DNA of 64,000 nt from Nitrospinaceae bacterium (lineage in GTDB: Bacteria; Nitrospinota_A; UBA7883; JAJDBK01). Every line of letters starts with the position of its first letter. The stretch's first letter is position 1. A model generated the notes under the pieces. That model made no database searches. It saw only the letters and a list, made by a program, of their open reading frames with translations, and was not told where the DNA came from. Shown one piece after another: positions 47,975 through 56,736 of the stretch. The translations under genes were made by a program, and so were the position numbers. The stretch is taken from the NCBI GenBank assembly GCA_029261405.1, contig JAJDBK010000048.1, forward strand, positions 773-64,772, written 5' to 3'.

Positions 47975-48819
47975 TTTTTTTAAACGGCGCTTTTGTCCGG
48001 GAGGCTAAAATCCCGGTGGATGACAGGGGGTACACTATTGGTGACGGTCTTTTTGAAACCATACCCCTTTACGACAGCAAACCGTTCCTGTTAAAGGAAC
48101 ATCTTGTCCGGCTTGCCGGCTCCGCAGAGATTATCGGACTGAAAATTCCATTCAGGGATGATGAAGTCGAAGAGATAATCGGGGAGTTGGCGGAAAAAAA
48201 CAGTGTAAGCCGTGGTGTGGCGAGGTTGACTCTGACAAGGGGGGTGGGGCCGAGAGGTTACGGCTCCGAAGGTTGCCACAACCCATCCCGGGTGTTGACA
48301 GTGCGACGTTATTCTCCGTTGCCCTCATATATTTATGAACGGGGATTCACCCTGACTCAGGCGGCGATCCGGAAAAACAGGTTTTCACCCTTAAGTTCGA
48401 TGAAATCCACAAGTTCCATTGAAAGGACACTGCTTATAGACTCCGCGAGGAGTCGAGGGGCGGACGAGGCGTTATGCCTTACCGCCGAAGGGTGGGTTTC
48501 AAGTTGCTCCTCGTCGAATATTTTCTGGCTTAAGGCTGAAACTTTATATACTCCCTCCCTCAATTGCGCCATTCTGCCGGGCGTCACAAGAGGATCGGTC
48601 CTGAAACTGGCTGAAGAGCTGGGTATCAGGAAGGAGGAGGGTTCTTACAAAGTTACCGACCTAGATTTTGTCTCCGAGGTTTTTATAACAAACTCCCTGA
48701 TGGAAATAATGCCGGTGAGCCGACTGGCGGGACGTTTCAACTCAGGTGGCCCGGGTGAGTTGACAAAAAAAATCAGCGCCCGGTTAAAGGCGCTGATAAA
48801 GTCCGCGAATGGGGATTAA
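47962..48819 (+). CDS. pabC: Aminodeoxychorismate lyase (class IV aminotransferase fold, PabC)
   Basis: GYTIGDGLFETI..., class IV PLP fold. Overlaps the pabB stop by 13 nt. Confidence 0.75.
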   Translation: MPELIFLNGAFVREAKIPVDDRGYTIGDGLFETIPLYDSKPFLLKEHLVRLAGSAEIIGLKIPFRDDEVEEIIGELAEKNSVSRGVARLTLTRGVGPRGYGSEGCHNPSRVLTVRRYSPLPSYIYERGFTLTQAAIRKNRFSPLSSMKSTSSIERTLLIDSARSRGADEALCLTAEGWVSSCSSSNIFWLKAETLYTPSLNCAILPGVTRGSVLKLAEELGIRKEEGSYKVTDLDFVSEVFITNSLMEIMPVSRLAGRFNSGGPGELTKKISARLKALIKSANGD

Positions 48820-48823
48820 ACTC

Positions 48824-49339
48824 TTAATCCTCCTTGATCCACAATGCGGTGACAACGAAAACCCCCAAAAGGCCTAGAAAACTTGCTCCGGCTCCAGCCT
48901 GCGCCAGTAGTTCCAGCGACTCTTTGGCGGCGTGTTTACCGACCTCAGCCGATTTTAATCCTGCCAGGGTCCAGAAGAGCGGATAGATAAAGGCTCCCAG
49001 CCCCACCAGTGTGGATACCACCATCTTCATGACATCAGCCACTGGAGATAGCGCCACCACAACCACAAGGGCAAGAGCGGCGGTTCCCAGCCCCATGAAA
49101 TGTATATGCGCTCTTTTCAGATACTTCCAAGCGCCACCTGCCGCCTTTTCCACCTTGGATTTTGATCCGAGAGTTGCCTCATTGGCTTTCGCCGTGTTTT
49201 CAAGGTAGCTTTTTATTGCGTCCTCTTTGGCTCCGAACGCCATACCGTGCAGTTCACCGCCGAGCAGAGCGAGTAAGGCCAGGATAAGGCCTACAGCCAC
49301 CGGCTTAACCGAGATGTCGATCATTATCGTCCTTCCCAA
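48824..49339 (-). CDS. Membrane protein (4 TM), function unknown
   Basis: Four helices. The segment YLKRAHIHFMGLG resembles LLKAGHTHGM in the 3117..3521 ORF. Confidence 0.45.
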   Translation of the reverse strand: MGRTIMIDISVKPVAVGLILALLALLGGELHGMAFGAKEDAIKSYLENTAKANEATLGSKSKVEKAAGGAWKYLKRAHIHFMGLGTAALALVVVVALSPVADVMKMVVSTLVGLGAFIYPLFWTLAGLKSAEVGKHAAKESLELLAQAGAGASFLGLLGVFVVTALWIKED

Positions 49340-49545
49340 TGTAATGTTTTTGAATGCTCGAATATAACACAGGGAGACTCCTGGACGTATTCTATATCTT
49401 CTATCGGAGGCTCCGGTTATGTCGGATGGAAAAAAGCATTGAGAATTATTGTGCGATTCGCTGTTTTAAAGAGACTTGCGCTTTGGTATGATAATCCTTG
49501 TAAAAAATGGCAAACAGAACTGTTCATTAACGCTCCGGAGACCAC

Positions 49546-50808
49546 ATGTCTATTTTCACAAAATTAACGCTGTTAAGTATGATTCTCGTTTTCTCCACTA
49601 CCGCAGGTCAAGCAACCGCCCAGGTAGGCGTTAACGGCGGTTCAGGCATGTTTTATGTCGATAAGGCCGGGACTTTGGGCCACAAGAATCTGGCTCTTTC
49701 GGCATATGTAAACTCGTTCAATTACGGTACGCCGACACATGTCGATACCGATGTAACCGAGATTTCTGCGTCGGTCACTCTCGGCATTCTGGACAATTTA
49801 GAGATTTCGGTCCAGGCTCCTTACTCCACTGTTTCCGCCGAAGGCGCCGACTCGGAGAGTGGCATGTCAGACGGTATCGCCAAACTGAAGTGGAATTTTC
49901 ACGACTCAGAAAAGTATGGGGTACTCTTTTCCGCCATAGGATCGTTGACCCTTCCGTTAGGGGATAAGGATAAAGGGCTCGGATCAGAAGACGCTTTCCC
50001 CGGTTTGTCCCTTGCTATCGACAAGGTATACGACGATATAACGTGGAGTTTTAATTTCGGTTTCATTAACTCGGACAACGAGGAGCTTGGACTCGACCCG
50101 AAGACTACTTATGGCGTTGGTGTTGAGTATTTCCCCAATGGCGGCAAGCTTGCCCTGATAGGCGAAGTCTCGGGCTACGCCTGGAATTCCATGCTACCTT
50201 ACCGTGATGACAGCGCTAAAACAGCTTTGGGATTGCGTTATTTTTACTCCGACTGCACGAGCTTATCAGCCGGATACAGCTCCTGGGGCGGAGGAGATAT
50301 CGCCAACTACCAATACCTGGCCGGAATAACCGTAAGTTTCGGCGGGAAGAGACACTCAAAAGAGCCTGAATCTGTAGTGGAGCCGGTTGTCGAAACAGCG
50401 CCAGTTGAGGAGCCGGTAGCTGAGGTAACTCCCGAACCTGAGCTTGCGCCTGAACCGGAGAAAATTGTAATTGTCCTGGAATCGGTGCATTTTATGTTCG
50501 ACAAGTCTGACCTTACCGATATTGCAAAACAGATCCTTGAGCGGAATGCGGAGAAGCTGAAAACCAATCCGGGTGTGCAGATCTCCATCGAAGGCAACAC
50601 TTGCAGTATCGGTTCCACCGGATACAACAAAAAACTTGGATTGCGCCGCGCTATCTCAGCGAAGAAATACCTGATGGAGCAAGGGCTCTACGCTGACAGG
50701 ATAGCCGTGATGATGAGTAATGGCGAAGAAGCGCCCCAATACCCCAACGACACCAAAGAAGGACGAAAGTTAAATCGTCGGGTTGATTTTGTAATTCTCG
50801 TAAAATGA
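49546..50808 (+). CDS. Outer-membrane protein: N-terminal beta-barrel (MetA-pathway/transporter-like), Pro/Glu-rich linker, C-terminal OmpA peptidoglycan-binding domain
   Basis: Signal peptide ...TAGQATA. Barrel motif SGMSDGIAKLKWNF...LTLPLGDKDKGLGS. Linker EPVVETAPVEEPVAEVTPEPELAPEPE. OmpA_C domain ...IEGNTCSIGSTGYNKKLGLRRAISAKKYL...NRRVDFVI. Confidence 0.8.
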   Translation: MSIFTKLTLLSMILVFSTTAGQATAQVGVNGGSGMFYVDKAGTLGHKNLALSAYVNSFNYGTPTHVDTDVTEISASVTLGILDNLEISVQAPYSTVSAEGADSESGMSDGIAKLKWNFHDSEKYGVLFSAIGSLTLPLGDKDKGLGSEDAFPGLSLAIDKVYDDITWSFNFGFINSDNEELGLDPKTTYGVGVEYFPNGGKLALIGEVSGYAWNSMLPYRDDSAKTALGLRYFYSDCTSLSAGYSSWGGGDIANYQYLAGITVSFGGKRHSKEPESVVEPVVETAPVEEPVAEVTPEPELAPEPEKIVIVLESVHFMFDKSDLTDIAKQILERNAEKLKTNPGVQISIEGNTCSIGSTGYNKKLGLRRAISAKKYLMEQGLYADRIAVMMSNGEEAPQYPNDTKEGRKLNRRVDFVILVK

Positions 50809-50857
50809 CGTTGTTCCAAGTCAGCTGGAATCAAAACTCGGAAGTTTAAGGGGCTTT

Positions 50858-52162
50858 ATGAATAAGCGAATCGACGTTCTGAAGGTTTGCGTCTTTGCAT
50901 TGCTCCTGACTTCGGGGTTTTGTTCCGCGTCCCACGCGCTCCCTGTTGTCTCACCGATGTCTGCTGTTCCTGCTATCCCGGAGCAATACAATTGCATCAC
51001 TTGCCACCTCGACATGGAAGATGAAACCATCACTCCCCCTGTGAATGAGTGGAAAGAATCAGTTCACAGGACAGCCGGAGTCATGTGTCACGACTGTCAC
51101 GGCGGCAACCCTGCAGACGATGATCTGGCGATGGACCCTGATGAGTCCGGTTTTACAGGTAAGCCTGAACCTCAGGACATCCCGGAGCTTTGCGCCAAAT
51201 GCCATGCGGACGCAAAAAAAATGCGCCAGTACAATAAACGGGCGGATCAATACGCTCTCTACTCAGGCAGTGTCCATGGTCGAAAACTTGCCAAGGGCGA
51301 TATAGAAGCCCCTTCATGTGTCAGTTGTCACGGTAAACACAAGATCCTGCGGGTAAAAGACCCCCAATCGATGGTAAACCGAAACATGGTTATCGAGACG
51401 TGTGGCGGGTGTCACAGCGACAAGGCGAAGTTCGAGAAGAGAAGAAAACCTTTCAACCAGCTTGCACTCTACAAAAAAAGCCGTCATTACGATCTTCTTT
51501 CGAAAGGCGATCTGCTTGTACCTACCTGTGTCGATTGTCACGGCAACCATGGAGTTCTCTCGACGAAAAGCGAGAGGGTGAGGACCGTTTGTTTTAAATG
51601 TCATGGCCAGCAGGCGGAGGCTTATAAACAGAGCCCTCATTTCAAGGCTTACAAGGAGGAGGGGGAGCCGCTCTGCTTTACATGCCACAATAATCACGAT
51701 GTTGAGAAACCTGGCGTAGCAAAGTTTTCCGGAGAAAATGACAACGATTGCATCGGTTGTCACGATGAGAAGAGCAAGGCGTATCTGACTGGTATTGAGA
51801 TTCAGTCGGCGTTAACTTCCACCATCTCCGCGCTTCAGGAGGGGGGGACCGCTCTTGCCGATCTGAAAGAGAACGGTCACGGTGGATTCGAAACATCCTC
51901 TCTCGAAGAGAAGATAGCCAAAGCCCACGAGAACCTGACGGAACTCCACTCCACCACCCATGGGCTAAATGTGGAAACGATCAAGAAGGATTCGGAAAAA
52001 ATCATCCAGAGCTCCCAGTCAGTCAGCAATAAGGTCGCATCGTTCTGGGCGGAGATTAAAACAAGACACAGGGGACTTGCTGTCGCCTGGATCGTCTTTT
52101 TAGGGTTTGGGTATTCTCTCTTTACATGGTCGAGAGTTGTTGATAAACAACGGGATGAATAG
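50858..52162 (+). CDS. Nonahaem c-type cytochrome with a signal peptide, a C-terminal coiled coil and a TM anchor
   Basis: Nine CXXCH motifs counted: CITCH, CHDCH, CAKCH, CVSCH, CGGCH, CVDCH, CFKCH, CFTCH, CIGCH. C-terminal helix GLAVAWIVFLGFGYSLFTW. Confidence 0.9.
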   Translation: MNKRIDVLKVCVFALLLTSGFCSASHALPVVSPMSAVPAIPEQYNCITCHLDMEDETITPPVNEWKESVHRTAGVMCHDCHGGNPADDDLAMDPDESGFTGKPEPQDIPELCAKCHADAKKMRQYNKRADQYALYSGSVHGRKLAKGDIEAPSCVSCHGKHKILRVKDPQSMVNRNMVIETCGGCHSDKAKFEKRRKPFNQLALYKKSRHYDLLSKGDLLVPTCVDCHGNHGVLSTKSERVRTVCFKCHGQQAEAYKQSPHFKAYKEEGEPLCFTCHNNHDVEKPGVAKFSGENDNDCIGCHDEKSKAYLTGIEIQSALTSTISALQEGGTALADLKENGHGGFETSSLEEKIAKAHENLTELHSTTHGLNVETIKKDSEKIIQSSQSVSNKVASFWAEIKTRHRGLAVAWIVFLGFGYSLFTWSRVVDKQRDE

Positions 52163-52471
52163 TTGGAACTTCAAGAGCGGGCCATAGAGCGAATAGACCG
52201 GGAAACAACCGAAATTCTAGAAGAAATCATCAGAAGGGATGAACCCGCTCCGCTCGTAATTTCTATCGTTTTCCAAATGGTAGTAGCCCCGATCTGGTTG
52301 TTTATAAAAGAGTATTTTTTTCGTGGGCGGATAATCAAAGGGCTTGAAGGAATAAAAACATCTGTGAACCTGTCAGTCTCCCGCTTCACCCTGGAAGCGA
52401 AACGTTACGAATTGTACTTCAAGGACGACAAAAAACTCCTTGAAAAACGAAAAGAGTTTGTTAACAAATAA
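52163..52471 (+). CDS. Hypothetical small protein (102 aa, one hydrophobic helix); coding status uncertain
   Basis: The TTG lies immediately after the cytochrome's TAG stop. The first internal Met is at residue 38. No clear RBS. Confidence 0.3.
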   Translation: MELQERAIERIDRETTEILEEIIRRDEPAPLVISIVFQMVVAPIWLFIKEYFFRGRIIKGLEGIKTSVNLSVSRFTLEAKRYELYFKDDKKLLEKRKEFVNK

Positions 52472-52502
52472 TTGAAACGGATAATATAAAGGAACCAGAG
52501 TT

Positions 52503-52757
52503 ATGCCGGAGTCTAAATCACCACAAAACGCGCCTTATGTACTCGAACTGGAGGCTGGGTCTTATATCTGGTGCGGGTGTGGTCTTGCCAAAAATCAACC
52601 CTTCTGTGACAACGCCCATAAAGGCACAGAATACGAGGGACAACCAAACGCCGCCATGCTCTTCGAGCTGGATTCTGACAAGAAAGTGGCGCTTTGCGGC
52701 TGTAAAAAGACAAAAAATCCACCATATTGCGACGGAACACACGCCTCACCTGAATGA
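52503..52757 (+). CDS. CDGSH iron-sulfur domain protein (two CDGSH-type motifs)
   Basis: CGCGLAKNQPFCDNAH and CGCKKTKNPPYCDGTH. Confidence 0.9.
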   Translation: MPESKSPQNAPYVLELEAGSYIWCGCGLAKNQPFCDNAHKGTEYEGQPNAAMLFELDSDKKVALCGCKKTKNPPYCDGTHASPE

Positions 52758-54235
52758 CGGGCTGCTTTCTTACAGTCGTTTTTTGTACCGCGCTACTCCT
52801 TTTCGGGATGGCGTATCGCGATAATTCGTCCGGCCGTGTCACCATCCTGCATATAAACGATTTTTACGAAATTGAATCGAATGACGACGGGAGGGGCGCC
52901 GCAAGAATAAAAACCATATTCGATCAGGTGAAGGCGGACGACAGCGAGGCGATTATGCTTCTCTCTGGAGATTTTCTGTCCCCATCGTTGATGTCGAGCC
53001 TTTTTGCCGGGAAAGGTATGATAGCCGCCCTGAACGCCGTAGGTCTTTCTTATGTAACTATAGGAAACCACGAGTTCGATATCGGTGTGGACGCTTTAAA
53101 CGAACGGATTGCGGAGTCGAAGTTTCCCTGGGTCATCTCCAATCTGTATGTCGATGGCTCTTCCTGGCCGGGTACAGCGCGCTACATCATCAAGGAGATA
53201 AACGGGGTCAAGGTGGGGCTGTTCGGCCTTGTTACCGAAGATACCAAAACCCTTGCGAATCTACCTGACAATATTACGTTTGCGGATGTCTATGGGACAA
53301 CGAACGAGATTATCGCTCTGTTCCAGCGTGAAAACGTTGAGATCATAGTAGCGATTACCCATCTCGAAATGGATGTGGATCGCGCATTAGCTGACAGGTT
53401 TCCTGAAATTGACCTCATTATGGGAGGTCACGATCATATTGTTATCACTGAGAGTTTTGGCGAGACCACAATTGTAAAGTCTGGGTCCAACGGTGAAGTT
53501 ATCGGAAAAGTGGTGATCGATAAAGTTGGCTCCCCGAAAATCACGTCTGTTACTCATATAGAGACAAGTAGTGATATTGCCGAGGATCCGGGCGTGGTCA
53601 CGGTTGTGGAGGGGTATTCGAGTCAATTGGCCCCCTATATGGATGTAAAGATTGGCGAGAGCGACGTGGAGCTTGACGCTACAAGATCAAACAACCGAGG
53701 CGCTGAAACAAACATCGGAAACTTTATCGCCGATGCTATGCGTGAAAAGATGACAGCCGATGTGGCTCTGATAAATGGTGGTGGAGTCAGGAGCGACACC
53801 ATATACGGCCCCGGCGTAATTACACGGAGGGATATCTATTCGATACTGCCCTTCGGGAATTACCTGTGCAAAATCCGCGTTACCGGCAAAACCTTGATAG
53901 AGGCTCTGGAGCATGGTGTAAGCAAGCTAGATTCTGCTGGTGGCGCGTTTCCCCAGGTTTCCGGTTTATCTTTTACAGTAAATCGTACAAACGATACCGG
54001 AAACCGGATTGGAGCCGCCAGCGTGAACGGTAAAGAGCTTGAACCCGATTCGCTCTATACAGTGGCGACCATCGACTACCTTTTCGATGGAGGAGACGGC
54101 TACGATATGTTCGGTGACACCCAGATTGTGGTCGCGCCAGAATTTGGCCCTCTACTCGCCGAATCAGTTGTTGAGAAAATCGTTGAGAAACAAAATATAT
54201 CCCCAAAGGTAGAAGGCAGGATCGGTTTCGAGTAA
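52754..54235 (+). CDS. Bifunctional metallophosphatase / 5'-nucleotidase (UshA-like)
   Basis: ILHINDFYE, GDFLSPS and GNHEFD metallophosphatase motifs, plus a C-terminal 5'-nucleotidase domain (...IDYLFDGGDGYDMF). Confidence 0.88.
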   Translation: MTGCFLTVVFCTALLLFGMAYRDNSSGRVTILHINDFYEIESNDDGRGAARIKTIFDQVKADDSEAIMLLSGDFLSPSLMSSLFAGKGMIAALNAVGLSYVTIGNHEFDIGVDALNERIAESKFPWVISNLYVDGSSWPGTARYIIKEINGVKVGLFGLVTEDTKTLANLPDNITFADVYGTTNEIIALFQRENVEIIVAITHLEMDVDRALADRFPEIDLIMGGHDHIVITESFGETTIVKSGSNGEVIGKVVIDKVGSPKITSVTHIETSSDIAEDPGVVTVVEGYSSQLAPYMDVKIGESDVELDATRSNNRGAETNIGNFIADAMREKMTADVALINGGGVRSDTIYGPGVITRRDIYSILPFGNYLCKIRVTGKTLIEALEHGVSKLDSAGGAFPQVSGLSFTVNRTNDTGNRIGAASVNGKELEPDSLYTVATIDYLFDGGDGYDMFGDTQIVVAPEFGPLLAESVVEKIVEKQNISPKVEGRIGFE

Positions 54236-54375
54236 GGATCCTCCTGTTTTGATATAACGCAATTTTCCCTTCTCATCATATCCGTTAATTCCGTGATAGT
54301 TCGAATTGCACAATAACCATGCCGGGTTATAATGAAATAACTTCATGTAATTTCAGGGGGAATGATGGTGGGGCC

Positions 54376-54724
54376 CAAGTGCAATAGTGAAGTGCGCCAC
54401 ACACATAGAGGTTATTGTGTGTGGTTATGGGAAACAGATATAAGCAGTTGAATATTGAGGAGCGAGAACGAATCATGGTTCTTCGGTCTTTGGGCAGGAC
54501 AGTACGTCAGATAGGCGATTGCCTCGGGCGGAGCCATACGACGATCTCTCGTGAACTTCGTCGCCATCCGCCGCTACATTCCGAAGAGGACGGATATCGG
54601 GATGTATTCGAATGAGCAGATCAAATGGACTGAGAAACAGGTTAACAACCGGCCTCGAAAATGCCTCGGCTACACGACGCCAGCCGAGGTCTTTGATAAA
54701 CTTTGTGGCGCACTTCCCACTTGA
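54376..54724 (+). mobile_element. Internally deleted IS30-family element (about 350 bp) retaining both terminal inverted repeats
   Basis: Left end CAAGTGcaatagtGAAGTGCGCCACA. The reverse complement of the right end reads CAAGTGgGAAGTGCGCCACA. Only the ends of the transposase gene remain. Confidence 0.75.
54415..54724 (+). pseudogene. IS30-family transposase remnant: N-terminal HTH joined out of frame to the C-terminal tail; the DDE core is missing
   Basis: Frame 1 reads MGNRYKQLNIEERERIMVLRSLGRTVRQIGDCLGRSHTTISRELRRH. A second frame reads IPKRTDIGMYSNEQIKWTEKQVNNRPRKCLGYTTPAEVFDKL, the typical IS30 C-terminus (N.RPRK.LG..TPaEVF). Confidence 0.8.
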
Positions 54725-54930
54725 ATGTGGCGCTATTTACAGGGTCTTTTGTCATCGATATTAAAGACCTTCTTCGATATGGAATATCCCATTAAATACT
54801 GGTTTATTTTACTTTACTTCCTGAAATGCCTTTTTGCCATCGCAACAAATCAGATCAACGTCAAGTTTCATGCGGTATAATCCAAGGTTTACGGAATTTT
54901 CACGACTACACTGCGTCTATACATTAAAAC

Positions 54931-56736
54931 ATGCGATTCGGATTTTTTTTTACCGCATTTCTGGTCGGTTTTGCGACCCTTATAGTCACGCCAGGTCTGG
55001 GGTACGCCGCTGACGAGATCAGTCTGAGCGCCGGGGCCACGCCCGATACCATGCCGCCAGGAGAGACGTTCACACTAACAATCTCGGTCACCGGGCAAGG
55101 ACTCAATTCTCTGCCTGATCCCAACCTCTCAAAGTTGGACCGGTTCGAGATCGTTGGCAGGGCGTCGAGCCAGCAGATATCGATGATTAATTTCACCACT
55201 TCCGTGACCAAAAAGATCACATACCAGATCCTCGTGCCACCCGAAACCGAAGACGGGACCTACACACTCCCGGAAATAACTCTGGCGTACAAAAGCAAAA
55301 ACTATAAAGCCGATCCGATAAAAATCACCGTAGATAAAAACGCGCCACCACCAACCCGTGCAAGGTCTACCGGCAGGAGAAACCGCTTTTTTCCCAACAT
55401 GGATGGCGGGTTTTTCTCCCGGCCAGAAACCAATATCGATAAAGACGATATCATCGTAAAACTTGAAACCGACAAGAAACAGGTAGTCCCTTTTGAACCG
55501 ATAGTTGTCACGTTCAGTTATCTCCGATCCATCCGTATGTTCAGCCAACCCTCTTACGAAAAACCGAACTTTGCGGGGTTCTGGGTCGAAGAACTAACAT
55601 ACCCGGACGGAGAGGCCCAGAAAGATTTCAGTACCCGTGAAAACGGCAGAAACTATCAGGTGACATCTCTGCGTTACCTTCTCATACCGTTATCCACAGG
55701 TGAACACGTCATCGATTCCGCGAAGTTGCATGTGTCACTCGGCGCATTTGGCCAGAGAAAAACACTGATTACAAAACCTGTCGCCATTACCGTTTTCGAG
55801 TTTCCCGACAAAGGCAAACCGGCTTCTTTCGCCGGAATGGTCGGCACATATAACATCGTTTCCGAAACCATACCAAATCTCGCCGCCACCAGTAGCGTCA
55901 AGGTCAATAACAGCATAACCCTAAAGATAACAATCACTGGCGAAGGTTATTTAAAGCCGCTCCCAGCCCCCGAAAAGCCGGTTGTGGAGCATTTTGAGGT
56001 CTTTGACGCAAAGGTCACAGACGAGATGGAGAAAAAAGGCGGCATGATAATCTCCACAAGAGTGATCGAGTTTCCGATGATCGCCAAAACTGTCGGGAAC
56101 GCCACCATTCCCGCCATACCCTTCTCATGGTTTCACCCCGAAACCGCGAAATATATAAGCAAAACCACCGATCCGGTCACCATCAAGGTTGAGCGGTCCG
56201 ATACCCCGGCGACCCTGCAAACGACAACTATCAAAAAAGTGGAACGGGGATTGGCGTACCTTAAACCGGACGTGGCGGAGTTGTCCGACTGGTCTGAACC
56301 GCTCTATCTGAAGTGGTGGTTTATCACTCTGGCTCTACTACCCATACCAGCCCTGATAATTGTGTTCCGCCAGGCCAGACATAAAGAGCGTCTTTATACC
56401 AATGCCGATTTCGCCAGGAGAAGTGGCGCCCACAAAACCGTGATGTCGCGGCTCGACACAGCCGGGTCGGTGGATACCGAAGAGGAGTTCTACGCCAGGG
56501 TCGACAAAGCCTTGCGCGGATATCTGGGTGATATCTGGTCACTTCCAGCGCCCTCCATAACAAAAGAGTCACTTTATAACCTCGACAACCGAATGACCGA
56601 CGAGATGAAAGTCCGGATAACAAAACTGATCGATACCCTCGAATTATCCCGTTACGCGCCTCTGGAAGGTGGTGGCCGAGAGTCGATTTTAAACGAAATG
56701 AGAGCGATAGTTTCAGCGCTGGAGATGAAAAGATGA
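54931..56736 (+). CDS. batD: BatD-family (aerotolerance operon) protein
   Basis: Signal peptide, repeated beta-sandwich modules (...PPGETFTLTISVTG..., ...TYTLPEITLAY...), a TM helix near residue 470 and a cytoplasmic tail, as in BatD. Confidence 0.7.
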   Translation: MRFGFFFTAFLVGFATLIVTPGLGYAADEISLSAGATPDTMPPGETFTLTISVTGQGLNSLPDPNLSKLDRFEIVGRASSQQISMINFTTSVTKKITYQILVPPETEDGTYTLPEITLAYKSKNYKADPIKITVDKNAPPPTRARSTGRRNRFFPNMDGGFFSRPETNIDKDDIIVKLETDKKQVVPFEPIVVTFSYLRSIRMFSQPSYEKPNFAGFWVEELTYPDGEAQKDFSTRENGRNYQVTSLRYLLIPLSTGEHVIDSAKLHVSLGAFGQRKTLITKPVAITVFEFPDKGKPASFAGMVGTYNIVSETIPNLAATSSVKVNNSITLKITITGEGYLKPLPAPEKPVVEHFEVFDAKVTDEMEKKGGMIISTRVIEFPMIAKTVGNATIPAIPFSWFHPETAKYISKTTDPVTIKVERSDTPATLQTTTIKKVERGLAYLKPDVAELSDWSEPLYLKWWFITLALLPIPALIIVFRQARHKERLYTNADFARRSGAHKTVMSRLDTAGSVDTEEEFYARVDKALRGYLGDIWSLPAPSITKESLYNLDNRMTDEMKVRITKLIDTLELSRYAPLEGGGRESILNEMRAIVSALEMKR

